Assembly (NCBI GenBank): GCA_028023455.1
Contig: JAQFVV010000008.1
Location: 11,842,001-11,906,000, forward strand
DNA: 64,000 nt
Reading direction: 5' to 3'
Origin: Epiperipatus broadwayi
Lineage: Eukaryota > Animalia > Onychophora
The notes under the pieces were generated by a model, which was given only the letters and a program-made list of their open reading frames with translations, made no database searches and was not told the origin of the DNA. Of the stretch, positions 49,901 to 64,000 are shown one piece after another (position 1 is the first letter of the stretch; every line of letters begins with the position of its first letter). A program made the translations under genes and the position numbers.

Positions 49901-52253
49901 CTTTATTTCTAATATATAATATGTAAATTCTTCTCAAATGATTTCTATAAATTTAATTCTCTCCCATATGCTCTAACTTTCTTTAACTTTGATGCGGTCA
50001 TTTATTTGTATGTATTTATCACTTAATTTTATGTCTATTTTAGTTATTATTAATATGCCAATATCAAACAATCTGACGAGTTGAATTTCTAAAATCTTTT
50101 CTTTTATTGAAGTAAACCTTCATGAATTAAGGTTTTTAACGTCCATTTAAAACAATGCATTATTAATTAATACGTTCGCCAGATTGTTTTTACGAATAGG
50201 TCCGTTTTTAGTATAAAAAAATTTATTTGTTTCTCTCTGAATTTTCTACCTGGGGTGAATTCAGAGCTTAGGCTAATTAATGCTTTGAAACCTTATTTAT
50301 TTTATAAATGTTATTATTCAATTCTGAAAAGGTAACCTATTAGTGGTTTTCTATAACTGCTTGTTTTCTTTTATTTTTCCATACTCTTAAAATATATGCT
50401 TGAATATTCTCAGTTGTTGTGAAATACACGAAGGTGGAATTGAATCATTTTAAATAGAAGACGGGGAAGGGAGTAAATTGTAATGTGTACTTTACTATTT
50501 TAGTTAAGTAAAATCTTGTCTCTCCATATATATAAAACTGCATAGCGTATTATTTGTCTAAATTATGGCATTCAAATAAGGGTCATTTATTTTAAAGCAA
50601 TAAATCTTATTCAATGTTGTGACATTTATCCGTTCTGCGTTACTGATATTCAGCTCATCTTCATGAATTATATATATTACGTGCTTCTAATCTAATCTGG
50701 GGGTTACGACAAAATCGAACCCATAGATTTCTCATTATGGGGGATTATTTTGTATAAAAGGCCTCTGGCGGTGGTTCCTGTATGTCTGGCACACGCTATG
50801 CCTGTCCACTTTCTTCGTATAAAAGGCCTGCACGTCGGTGACGTCCACGGCATGCCTTATCCATTTTTCTCTAAGCACTGCCCAAAAAGGGGGTCTTAGA
50901 TCGTTTTCATCCAGAAGCACAACCATTTCCTCTTAGTTATCTGCCATTATGTCAGTACTGCCCAAACTTCGTATCATTATTATTATTTCTTTTGCTTATG
51001 GCCTAATTTTAGTGCTGTAATAATATTAAAATTGCGCTCTGCTCAATATATATATATAAATGCCGAATATTATTAACTTTATTAATTTATAATGTTATTT
51101 CAATCTTATTATACAGTCCCACCATCATAATGTATTACTGTATTTAAGAGTATTTGCCTAGGGGGAAATAGAGCGTTCTTCTTATCCCGCTAATTAAGAG
51201 AATTTTCATTAAATATTTTGTCATATAATCAAATGTAATTTTCAAATGTGTTTTACTTATTTTCTTGTCATATGGCATTAGTTTATATGTCAATTATTAC
51301 ATTTTTATTTTTTTACATTTATATCTAATTTCATTTTTTAAAAATATTTTAACAATCAAAAAAAAAAAAGAATGAATAAAGTAAGTAAGGTAGCCATTTG
51401 TAAACTATAATATTTTGTAGATTCAGGTTATTTGTTAATCTGCATTTCATTCCAGTCCATGAAGTAGATGATTTATACGAATTGTTTTTTTTGTTTTTTT
51501 GAGTGATAAAAATAAATAAATAAATGAAACTATGGAATATATTTTCTCTAATGTTTGCTTATTTTAAACCACACCAATTATTTACATCAAAAATGAGACT
51601 TTAAGGCTCCATCATTTATTTTTACCAGATTTTTTTATGTTCATAATTAAGAAAAGTAATATTTGTTTGTTTTTTTTTTACATTTAAGGAATTTCAAAAA
51701 GAACCATCTCATAATAAAAAAAAAATCTTTAATATTATTTTTTTTATTATTAATATATAAAAAAAGTAATAATAAAAGACTATATAGAAAGCTAATATTT
51801 TTATGATTTCAACTGAATATAACAAAAGGAAATTACTGCAATTTTTCTAATATTATGGCAATTGAAAATGTAAATAATGGCTTTAAAAGGGATTTTGTAA
51901 AGCATCAATTGAACCTTCAAGTTTCTTTTAATAAATGCATCATATTTTTTTCTAAAAATAAAAAAATATGGTAAATCTCATGGAAAACATTACAACTTAT
52001 TAGACAAAGTAAAAAAAAAGTTTAAAAATAAGATAATTTACATGACCAAATTTTTTTTTTTTAATCTATATTTCTTTATTATTGAAAATTCAATATTATT
52101 ACTATAGAATATATTTTTATATTCTAAGATTCTTGTAATTTATAAAGACTTACATTTATTATTTAGTGAAAAATAAAGGAAGTAATTTTAGATTTGGTAT
52201 AGCTCTCAAGGTTAGTTTTCACTTGGATGAAATTAAATCCCAATAATCTAAAA

Positions 52254-52622
52254 TAGGGGTCCCCAACCCTATGCCTGCGGGCACCAAGGCGCCCGCAGAC
52301 CATTTTACGTATGCCTGCGCTATCCGAACATGATAAAAAATTATTTCTCTGATACAAAAAAATTTAATTTTTAAAATTTCTTATAAATTATTGTATTATA
52401 TTGTAGTCAAATTGTAGGGCATACTATACTTTTACAGCATAAAAGTATAAACGTTAATTATATGTTAAAATTTTATTTTTGAAATAAATATTTTTTTGTA
52501 CATTATGTGTATATTATTAACAATATCCAACTATAAATTTACATTGAAAAAATAAATGGTGCCCGCCACCTGGCCAGTATTATAGAATGTGCTCTTAAGT
52601 GCAAAAAGGTTGGGGACCTCTG
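52254..52622. mobile_element. hAT (Charlie/Buster-type) MITE
   Basis: TIRs TAGGGGTCCCCAACC / GGTTGGGGACCTCTG with a perfect 8-bp TSD ATCTAAAA at 52246-52253 and 52623-52630. Confidence 0.95.
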
Positions 52623-53660
52623 ATCTAAAAGAATTGATACAAACATTCCCAAATCTTATAGGAAATAATTTTTTATTAATAAGGAATTTTAGATATTGTA
52701 AATTCATAAGTAATTTATTTGAGTATCTACAAAAAACAAATGACATACTAACTCTTTAATATAAAAGATAATTATAACTGTCTTTCATTTCTTCATAAAT
52801 TTGTTCTCAACAAATCAAATTGATTTTAAATTCCTCTTTTTTTTTTTAAATTTCACTAAAAGTGATAAAACTATGAAAATTGTAATAATATTAAGAATTC
52901 TGAGGCATATATCCAATCAAAATGGAGTATATCCAATAAATAAGTGAAATTTTTATTTATCTTTTTAGTATTTGATTCCTATTCAATTCACATCCTAAAT
53001 ATAATTTTTTTAAAAATTTAACTAAAAGTAATCAGAAAATTTTACTTCTGTGCTTATCCTTGTTTAGTTGAAATTAAATAGCAAGTTAGTTTTTAAATTA
53101 ATAAATGTAATCAGAAGATAAACTGCCTTAAATAAATTACTTGACAACTATAAACTTTATATTTATTTACTTAGATATATATTATAATCTTTTTTCAAAA
53201 CAAAAATTAACAGCAATATCAAAATTAATATTTGTAAAGCATGGTCTTAAAAAATGTAGCTTGAATCGATTCTCATATTTCAATAATTTAGTTCTCTCAC
53301 ATTAAAGGACTCAGCAATGTAGCAATTTCCTACCATGAATTCGGGATTCAAATCTGACAGAAACTTAGAAATTCCTTCTTATAGCTAACAACTCCTCAAA
53401 CAAATTTAGGACTATTTCTAGTCATCAGTTCACTTAACAATCCAGATAGCAATTCCACTTTGGTTGGTAAATGGGTATCTAACCAATTATAACTGAATAC
53501 AAAAGTTTCAAGATAGTATGGATTGATCAGATGAAAGACATTGTTTTGTTGTCACAACTTACAATTTCTGTCACTTAATAAGAAAAATATTTAGATCTAT
53601 GAATGTTGAGTTCATGATTTAAACTTTTTACATTCAGTCATGATTTTAATAAGAATCAAC

Positions 53661-53742
53661 ATATAACATATAATAACCACATTCCACTCTTTTTGCACTT
53701 TAAAGTGTAAAAAGAGCGGAATGTGGTTATTATATGTTATAT
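53661..53742. repeat. 82-bp loopless palindrome
   Basis: Arms of 41 bp, 39 complementary, centred on CACTTT|AAAGTG. Confidence 0.95.
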
Positions 53743-55049
53743 ATTAGAAAAGCAAAAATAAAGAAGGAAAGAGGAAGAGAAACTATTGAAGAATCAACAT
53801 CTGCAACAGGAATATATTTTGGATTTCTTGATTCCTTTTTCTTTTATTCAAATATTTAATCTATATTTAGACTTAAATCTCTAAATAATGCACTTCTCCT
53901 TGCACTTTTCTCAATAAACAGTCTTAACAGTTTCTTATTCAGACTTTTAAAATACAATTGTATTACACTGTTTCTTGAAAATATACATAAACTATAATAA
54001 GCATATTTTAATATTTTTATATACATAACAATTCCTTTCTTTTATTATGAAAAATGTTTACAACTATTTTGATATCACAAATTCAAAATCTAATATAAAT
54101 CTATCAAAGGATTGAGTTTGGGTTTATACTTAAATAACAATTATTGTGATACATTAATGTTATATAAGTATATCTTTTAGTTTCTAGAAATCTAATAATA
54201 ATATTAGAACTGTTGCTTATAAAATATATATACACAACATAAATTAGATACATCATAATAACTTTTATATTTCATTACTATAGAATAAACTTCTTTCAAT
54301 ACATTTTTTATAAACATTGTTAAAAAATCTAATACACACTTCTCCTTCAAACTATTCTTGAGTCGAAACTGAAATTCAATTAATATAATAATCAAAGAGT
54401 AACACAAGCTCAAAATTCCATTCAAATATAAAAATTTACATGTTAAAACTCTATACTCTTATAAATTTACCAGTCTCTGAACACACAAACAAATGCATAT
54501 GTTTATATTAGTTTTTGTGTTAATGTTGATCTACTGTTTATTTACTTTGCCTCCACTAAATATAATATTAAAAATAGAGTTCTATTATAAAAATACTTAC
54601 TAGTTTTCATGCCATGACAAATATAAATATTTCAACATATTTATCAACAAATTTAGAACATTAACAAATTTATTTCTTATTTAGTTTAAAATTCAGGCAT
54701 AAAATATTTCTGATCAATTCTAAAACTTGTTACATTATATTTATTGTTATATTTCAACACCAATCTCTGTTGAATGTGATGACAGTAGTTACAGAGGTAC
54801 TTGGAGTACTAATACTAATCACATTAGATATATAAAGAACAAGCTCTACTTTTGGATATGTTTTTAGTGGTGAATAATGACAAAATAGTTCCATAATTAT
54901 TTCTACAAATATGTCTAATCGCATTTAAAAAAAATAAGTAAATATTTACTATAAGAAGCACAGTTTCAAGTGCACGTTTCATAAAAGGAAAAGTCTAATC
55001 TTCTTATTTAGAAATTGTCTGATAAAAAATGATATATAAACAAATTTTA

Positions 55050-56500
55050 GCATTTTAATTGCATTATTTAAACTCAAAAAAAAAAAAAAAAACCGGACGA
55101 CTTAAAAGACATATTTTACTTTGAATTACTTAAAACATTCTAGACCGAGATTAAGACTGGTTTAAATAATAACCAACAGAAATAAGTCCTGCGGAGTATT
55201 TATGTAAATATAATTGAAATTATTTCATAAATTACATAATTATCACATATGAACAATAAATTTCATTACTATGAGTTGTAGATTTAGTGACTCAATTATT
55301 TAAATAGAATTGTAACTATCAAGCAGCAAGAATTATTAGATCATTGCTGGTGTATTCATATGGTTTATTCGTCCCTTTAATTAACTACAAAGTTTAGTTT
55401 TGCGCGTTAAAACAAGTTAAATAACTTCGTATTATATATTTTCGTATAGTACATATAAAAGCATTACAATACAATCAAATTCAGACATTACATTTGTAAT
55501 ACTAAGATTATAAACTTTTTAAACTTGTTTTATGAACAAATTTTAAGAATGAGAATGATTCAAAAAGACTGCAAAATCACATCATCGCGCGGGAAATCCC
55601 GAAAATTTCAAGATACAGTAAAATTAATATCTATTTTCAAAAAATTCGATTAAATTTACTCAGCAAATTTTTTTTTTATCTGGACACGACGAAATATAGA
55701 AAATACAACTTATGACCAAGCAAACTAATAAAGTGATTTTTTAATTTAAAAAAAAAAAACATACATATTTAAAATGCTTTTACTTGAAAAAATTTTCGTT
55801 TTCAAAACAATAACTGACAGAATGAGTAAAAAAAAGGGGGGGGGTCAAGGTCGTAGAGAACAAGAGGATATATAAACAATGAAAGTTAACAACATACATT
55901 GCTAGTAGAAAATTTAAACTTTTTATTTTTTTAAATACATTCGTAACAAAATTTGTTCCCTATAAATTCTAATGACAACTTACCTTTAAAAAGAAAATCC
56001 GTTTTGAAGCAAAAGCCCAAGATAACGTTTACCCACAATGTGTATATTACGACAGTATATGCATGCAGCTAAGTTAACTATAACAAAAAAGAAAACGATG
56101 TTCGAATACTGCCTAAGGTTTTGTCGATCTATCCGGCGCATCAATTCCTAAACATTCCTTTAATTAATAAAATAGTCATGAAGTTTAAAATTCTCCAAAA
56201 TAAATAAATAAAAATAAAATCCCTCGTTCCTATAACGAAATGTAGGAAGTATCAGCGCCTAGATGGACCATCATCCGCTTTCGTAACAGGAAATTATTTC
56301 GATACAAAAAATAGTCCGAAAAAAAAAAATTACATTTATTTAAGTAAAATATTTTTCGTTTATTTAAATATGAACAAATAATTTTATAAAAAATTGAAAA
56401 CTTTTAATTTATTTAAATATTTTTATTATCTATTTATACTTGTTAATTACTATTGCTATAAACTGTATTTCATTTTTGCGTTCGCCTGATTTAGGAAGGG
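55050..56500. promoter_or_regulatory. CpG-island-like promoter candidate with an E2F-type site
   Basis: Many retained CpGs in a CpG-poor window; GCGCGGGAAA (TTTCCCGCGC) at 55587-55596. No downstream gene identified. Confidence 0.4.
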
Positions 56501-57109
56501 CAAATATTTCGAAATTTGTAATGTTTACTTTCTTAATTCAATAAGTATTTATTTTTATTTTGTATACATGTAGGTATTATACCTAATTACATATTTTTAT
56601 TAAAAACACGTATTGTATTATAACAATACTGAGACTAATTTTTTATTAACGTCTGCTTAAGGAATGAGTAATCGCAAAAATAAATTACATCATAAGATTA
56701 AATAGTAATAATGAAGATTCTTTTTGCAAAGATGATTTTTATGATATAATGTATTTTATGTGTAAGATAGTAAATCGAAGCAAGATTCTATATTCAGCAA
56801 CAAATATTAAAATAATATAAGAGCAAAATGTAAAAAGCTATATTAAATATGATATAAGCAACGTTTAACAAGTATGTAGCTCTTTAGTGTCCTTTATAAG
56901 CCTTAATAATTTCGTGTGCGTTTTACCGCAAAAACAAATATCTACTACCAATTAGGTAATATTACTGAGAATTATCTTAACTTTTAAATACATATATTGG
57001 TTTAAATTTTACTTCTTTTATTATTGCCCAGCTAAACAAAATGAAAGTTAACTGTAATATGGGTTTAAAAAATAATCTGGTCTTATGACGTTCCCACACC
57101 GGAAGTAAT

Positions 57110-57165
57110 AGTTGAACTTCAATCCAGGAACTTTTATCTCTTTAGTCCAACAGTCTACCATGGTA
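57110..57165 (-). repeat. Degenerate tRNA-derived SINE head
   Basis: Minus strand TGGTAGACTGTTGGACTAAAGAGATAAAAGTTCCTGGATTGAAGTTC follows tRNA A-box/anticodon/T-arm spacing. Confidence 0.4.
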
Positions 57166-57839
57166 TTAATAATTGACTGATATTTCTGATATTAAAGAGC
57201 CATAATAATTTATATAATGATAATGAATCCAAGTATACATTTTACAGATCTTTGGATTTTATTTGATTTCTATTTTGAAAACTAATGTGTATTATAATGA
57301 TGGTTAATCTACTTCTAGCAGTAAATAGGTATTGGCAGTAATATAATTTATAGGAAGTCACTTTAAATAACAATCACTATCTAGCCTTAAACAATTGAAT
57401 TTTAAGCTGATGGGAATGGTAATTGTGAATTTCTAAAAATAATTAGTATTAGGAGTACATCTTTTTAATTATAAAAGCCATAGTGTAAACATAAAATAAA
57501 ATTAATGGAACCAGATTCCTATAGTCATTTTATGATTTATTTTAAAAAAATATTATTACTACTTAATTAAACATAATCTAGTGAAGTCAGTGCTGATTTG
57601 GATTATTATTAAAAAGTAGATAAAAGTACAATATATTTAATAAATGATTTAACTAAATGCCAATATGAATCTTGAATTAAATAAAAGTATTATAGTAATG
57701 TTATTCAACATTCTTCTATAATGTTACAATTGGAAGCATAATAACATGAATGATTTTTAAAATCATAGTTGAAACTATGTAATCAATTATGTCTCAAATT
57801 AATTTTAAACTAGATAATTTTTAGTGATTCTATTTAATC

Positions 57840-58160
57840 CCGATTCTTAATAATTAACTGGAAATACTTTTTTGTCTACTATGCCTTTTTCTCTATCAAT
57901 TTTTTTCCCCAAAAAAACTTGCTTTTTAGTGATCCAATATGTTTAATCTTGATTTTTAACAATTAATTGGAATTGAGTTTTCTGTATTCTGCATTTTTTT
58001 TAGAACCAAATGTTATTTTCAGAAACTCACTTTTTAATTATTCTGAACAATCCTGATTATTAACAATTAATTAGAATTCTCTATCTAGTCTGCATTTTTT
58101 TCTATCAAATGGTTTCTTCCCCCAGAAAACTCATTATGAACTAGCAATTTATCTAATTAA
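57840..58160. repeat. Degenerate ~105-bp tandem repeat, about 3 units
   Basis: Recurring TTAA(C/T)AATTAA(T/C)T(G/A)GAA...TGC(A/C)TTTTT...CAAA...AAACT blocks. Confidence 0.55.
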
Positions 58161-59864
58161 TTACAAAAATATGATAGCCATTATATAAAAATGCAATATT
58201 GTTTACACCTATTCTTTTATTTAGAATAGTTATTATTTTATTGAACTAACGTTTAAGAAATAAGGAGATTGATATAATAATGGCCTCACAGAAAATTTGA
58301 AAAAAAAATCATAAATTAATTAATCAACTGAAATGAGGATTAATTTCACAATAAACATCTATTTAATATGTCTTAATTTTTTTTTTTTTTTTCATGAGAA
58401 TTTCTATATTAAACGTCAATCTTGTCAATTTTATTTTATTAGTGTTTTTTGTTTGAATGAGGGAAGAAGAAATAAATAAATAATAAAGAAATAGCTGTAA
58501 AGTGAAACTATCACTATAAAAGATTGAATTTAATTTTAGAAGTGTTTATCATTCCTTTAAAGATAGTTCCAGTTATTATTATCTTAATATATTTTATTAT
58601 TACTATTTCTTGCTTTTTGTCTCTTGTTACGTTTACTTAAGATTTCCTGAAATGATGTCTCTATATATGTGTCCTTAATACCACATGTAAAACAGAACTC
58701 ACTAATGTAAATATACATAAGTGTATACATAAATATATATCATTACCCTACACAATGTCAGGTTATTTTTTTAGATTATTGCTGCGTTATAAACAAAAGC
58801 AGTCCTTTCACTACTCTCGTGCAATTTATTATAAGTTTGATTATTCACTTGTTATTAGATGTTAATGCAATTTTATCTTCAAACTAGTTCATAGTTTTGC
58901 CTTTATCATTGAGGATTTGGATTTTAAATCTGGAACTAGTACAGTTATGCATCTTATTAGCTATCTTAATTTTTTTTTTTTTGTTATAAAGCTAATAGCC
59001 TCATTAATAAAGCAAAAATTAAAGTAGTGAGAGGAACTCTTGATACATTATCAGTCTTATCTAATTTCCATAAATAAATAAAAAGATAATGAAATATTAA
59101 AGATGAATTATGCAATGACTATACAAACAAATCCACAAAACACAAATTGTTCACATATATCACTATTTATTTTGTATCTTATGATTCTGTTTTTTAATTT
59201 CTGCCTCAAACTTTTTTCAAAAAGAATTCAGAATCTTAGTTAATAGTAGGTGTCCATTATATTTTATCCTAAGTTATATTATTCCAATGAAAACAATCAT
59301 TATTATACTTGTTTTAAATTTCATTGGTATGTTCTTAATAATATAAACAGATTCTGTCTCTTCCATGAAAGCCATATCAAGTTTATTATAAAATATTTTT
59401 TTAGGAAGTCTGTTACTTTATTATCTTTTTATGTTCAATCTAACAAAGAAATGCCTTTCCAATAATAGATTCAGTATTTTAGGAGTTGAATATATTGAAT
59501 GATATTATAATTTTGCATTCTTAAATGGAATTTTTCCAGTGTTTTTAAGATATTTTAATGTGGAGTCTCTATCTCATTTTCATGCAATAAATTTGTTAGA
59601 GGGTCAATTCTTTGCATAAGTAATTTTGTTAAATTCAGCATTCAAGTTTATATTTAGAAAGCTTCAAGAACATCTAAAACTGATTCATATTTTTAATTTG
59701 ATAAATATCTTATGGCAGAAGTCACTTAAGATCTTTTTCCCATTATTAGCTGATAAAGTGCTAGTTTTTTTTTTTTAAAAAAAGGACATTTATTAAATAT
59801 AGATCATTTTTTGAATTGATAAGAATTGTATAATTATTGGTATATTATAAATTTAGAACCCAAA

Positions 59865-60223
59865 AAGATAATATTCCCAGTTTTACTTTTATTTGGTTCA
59901 AATTAAAAACCTCCACTATCAAACTTTTATTGTATTATAATATCTCTTCATAAAGTCACCTATAAACTTTTCCAAAAACTTAAAAATACTATAAACATAA
60001 AAAAAAAATTAGAGCTATGATGCATATCTGTTTAACAACTCAAAAAGATAAAATTTCCATTTTTACTTTTATTTGGTTCAAATTAAAAAACTACACCATC
60101 AAACTTTTATAATATTATGATATCTCTACATGAAATCACCTATAAACTTTTCCAAAAACTTAAAAACACTATAAATATATATATAAAAAAAATATTAGAG
60201 CTATAATGCATTTTTGTTTGACA
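59865..60223. repeat. 180-bp tandem duplication
   Basis: TTTTACTTTTATTTGGTTCAAATTAAAAA...CACCTATAAACTTTTCCAAAAACTTAAAAA...TTAGAGCTAT starts at 59881 and again at 60061. Confidence 0.92.
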
Positions 60224-63200
60224 CTAGTTTTCATTTCAATTGTTTCAGATTTTCCACCACAATAAATATTTATCTTCATTATTATATTTAGAATCTATAT
60301 AATATGATTAAATTTTTATGGACTACTAGCCATTATAAATATTAGCACAAACCTCTATTAATGATTCAAATGCCTTGTCAAATTGATAAAAGCAATGTAT
60401 AAAATACATCTTTTCTCAATCTACGCAAGTTAGTCATCTTTAAAAGGAAACAATCTATTCAATATCTTTAAAGTATTTTTGATATAATTAATAATTGACA
60501 TTCCACAATAATTACTGCAGTCTTTTCTATTTTATTTTTTTATAAATTGAAACTATAGAAGAATTCTTAAGATCAAGCGACACAACTTTCAATTTTGAAA
60601 CTAACATCATATTTTAAAACTTCTCCACATATCCTATCATCACTAGCAGCTTTTCAGTTTATAAGATTATAAACAGCTGTTTGATTTAGTTAAAAATGAA
60701 CTTTTTAAAAGCAATGTAGTAAATATTGACTTAAGTAAAAGTGTCTTGTAGATTTGCAACCAATGACAATGGTTCAGATGCCATAGATAGCTATAATTAT
60801 TCTTACCTGCTGATTATATTTCTTGTTTTATACTGAAATCTTTACTGAGTTTCACTTCCTATCTCCTTGGGAGAGTCTGCATTTTTTTTTTTCTGTTTTT
60901 GTTTTATTTGTTTTTTTTTATATAGTTTTGTAATATCTTATTACTAATATTGGGCATTATTAGTATAAGATTATGTTGATAATAATTAGTCACAATCATG
61001 TCTGTAGCAATATTATTTCAAACTGTATAGGAGAAAACATTCATAAACTATTTTCATATACTGAATGTTAATGACTTGCAATTAGTATCAGTTTAATAGT
61101 ATTTAATAATAATTTAACACATAGATTATTAGTGAGAAATCTTATTAATATTTATCTACTAATTAAAACATGGCCATAGTTGAGAACCTTAAATAGGTTT
61201 TAGGTCATAAAAAAAAAATCAAATAATTCATTATTTGGAAGGTCATTTGATGTTCAAGTATTAGAAATGATGTATTTAAGCTGCAAGCGAGGGATCTTTA
61301 GCTCTTCAATCCATTACTTTACCTCTACACTAATCCACACAGAGCTTTTGTGTCATTTATGGCTTGGTATAGTTGTTTTTATTCAACTTAGATAGTTAAA
61401 TGTCTGAAAAACATTCCACAGTTTATTATAAGTAAATGTGCAAACATTTCATTTTTTATATTTGGTTATTATATTTAACTGCCTTTAATCTGAAATTTGC
61501 ATTAAATTAACTTATTATGTGACAAATTTCTGGATTATTCATTAGGTATAATTTTTGTTCCTTCAACAGAATTCCACATAATGCTATCAATAGTATGTTA
61601 TTGTTAATTTGTCATAAATAAATATTTTTCTACCTTTAAATATTTGCATAATTTCATAATAATTGAATAATAATTCAGAAATCGTACAATTTTCTTGCAT
61701 CAAAAATGATACATTGAGGTTAAATCCAGGATCACTGCACCACCTTCAAATAATAACTCTTTGTATTTAGCAACTTAATTATATATCTATTTTGAATAAT
61801 AGATTTACTATTATTCTGTACTTACTATATATTTTGAGTATGCCATCACTTGAAATATTTGATGAGCTTTGGAATATCAGTGTTTCACTAGTAAATTATC
61901 CTATATAATATATTGAGTGAAAATTCTAGGAAAGAATACAGATAAGAAATTCAGAAATTTACTACTTTTTATCCATTTCTTTATTTAAGAAAATACCTGA
62001 AATGGGGAGAAAATAACGTATAATTGACTAGCATCTGAAAGACCCAAAACTTGCTTTTACTATAAAGTACAGTATTGGGATGTTTATACAGAAAATTTAT
62101 AATAAGCTTTATATTTTAGATAGACTGATCTTACTCCTATAGATTTTTCTTACTGTGTATTGATTGGTTTGTTATATAATAAAGATATGTGTGTGTGTGT
62201 GCAAAACTAGTTAATACAGACAGTGTTGGGTCACTAGAAATGATATGTTGTACCGGTCGGTTTTGTCCGTTCATATAACAAGATCTAGCATCTAGGCAAA
62301 AGTACCTCGAGTCCAATCATGCACAAGATACATAAGTCAGGAACACTCATGAACTCTGCCCTATTTGCCTATTTTCCAGATCTATCAACTTATGAGCAAC
62401 AATCCCGATGATACCAATCTAATTTATCTCCCTGCCGGCATTGCAAAGCGGAGACACAAAGAGACCCTTATTGGAAATAATATAATGGAACCTTTTGGTA
62501 TAAAATATCACAAGTTTGACACATTTAAAGGTCGTGAACTTTCACCTTAATTATATATATAGGATTAGCGGGATATCATCTAATCAGAGCAAGCATAATT
62601 TATTAATCAAAATATAATATTTAAATAATGAAACAATGATTCTGAAAGTTGTTATATAGGTATGATTTATCAATTTAAAGAAAATATGTATGAGTTATTT
62701 GATTATAATTCATTAGACGTCATTGGCCTTTTTACATTAATATCATATGAGATTTATCTTTTATTATTTAAGAAATGACAATTGTATTCATTAATTTATT
62801 ATTTTATTGCGGCTGATTTATATGCTAATAATCGATAAACTATAAGATCTGTAAATATAATCTTAATAGTGCTATACTGAGTATATAAATGACTCTCAAG
62901 TCCACCCCTAGAAAGAAGAACAAAATATAATACTTGACCGAATTTACTTCATAAAGATTATTATCAAAATCTGATTATCATTAATAATGATGTGGGAGAG
63001 TTAATTGAGAATATATATAATTGCATCGCAAAATGATCCATGCATGAAAATATTAATAAATATCAAAGAAATCTGCTTAGTAGAATTAAAACATTATGGC
63101 TTAGAATATTCATAGGTTTTATTTGGAACTAGAAGTAAGAGGGCAGTGCATGCATGGTGGCATATTTATGTGATTCAGTCATGGATCTTAGGAGGTGCTT

Positions 63201-64000
63201 TTGAAAATTCATTGAAAGAAATAAAGGCTGATATATGTCTGCAGACTTGGCAGAATCGGCTCATGAACGAAGATTAATTCGCTGTGAAGTGAAATAGGCT
63301 GGGCTTTTCCCAAAGCGCTCCTATGTAGTTAGCTCAAGTGACAAAATAAGTCCCAAGAGGTTTTGGCCTTGTTCTTGGACTTGGAAGTAAAGAAACGGGG
63401 TTCAGTTTTTCCAATATGCCGAGGAAATGAAGCACAATATATATCAAAACCTGAAGGAGGAGGCCGGTATGCAATCAACGCTTGAAACAACATATGTATA
63501 AAATATTTAAAAGACTTGATTAATTAATACCTATATATTATGGAATACCCAGCGTAATGGTATGATTATAATACTAAACAGTAATGGAAAACTTAAATTC
63601 ATTAATAAAAATAATAAGATACTGGAAATTGAGAAGCTTCCTCCCCTTGGTTAAATTACTTTACACAATAACTTTCCACAAACGTTGAAACAAACATTAA
63701 CATTCAGTTCTAAGTGCTTTTATCACAGTTACAAATAATTTTATATATATAGGAGTTAGGTGGTGGTTATTGATTTCATGGAATAAAATATTAACTTAAT
63801 TTTACATAAACATATTTGAAATTTTGGAATTAGCGCTATGATTTAAATTTAAAAAAAACATTTTTTTTTACCCTGCTTTTCGATAATAACACTATCATAT
63901 CAAGTTGTTTCCCCAAATTTGCAAGGGTATACTGTAATTAAAATAAACTTGTTTTAATTAAAAGAAACTAAACTGACCTTCCCATGAAAAAAAAGGGAGG

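Noticed and set aside
1-64000. CRISPR arrays, rRNA, prokaryotic operons
   Set aside because: No regularly spaced repeat-spacer array or rRNA-like sequence; the window is eukaryotic in character (spliceosomal sites, LINEs, LTR element).

Overview
Very AT-rich, CpG-depleted eukaryotic (animal, probably arthropod-like) DNA, mostly intron, intergenic sequence and decayed transposons. The only host coding sequence I recognise is one minus-strand exon of a KIAA0232/DUF4603 homologue (24129-24428), preceded by a leader with several uORFs. Mobile elements: a Buster/Charlie hAT transposase relic running off the left edge, a complete but decayed Mag-clade Ty3/Gypsy element with both LTRs (4421-9553), two near-full-length RTE LINEs of different families plus RTE 3' fragments, a degraded CR1/jockey-group LINE, two pogo/Tigger-like non-autonomous elements and a hAT MITE with a perfect 8-bp TSD. 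The most notable signal is catalytic-RNA-like: at least three sequence-unrelated families of short non-coding repeats between 18 and 31.3 kb carry minimal type I hammerhead motifs. Some have inverted ends like Penelope-type insertions, and one is a 146-bp tandem unit fused to a tRNA-derived head. A degenerate HDV-like fold overlaps the start of one RTE ORF. Several long near-perfect palindromes are unexplained. No rRNA, intact tRNA or CRISPR array was seen. All calls were made by eye; no searches or folding were run.
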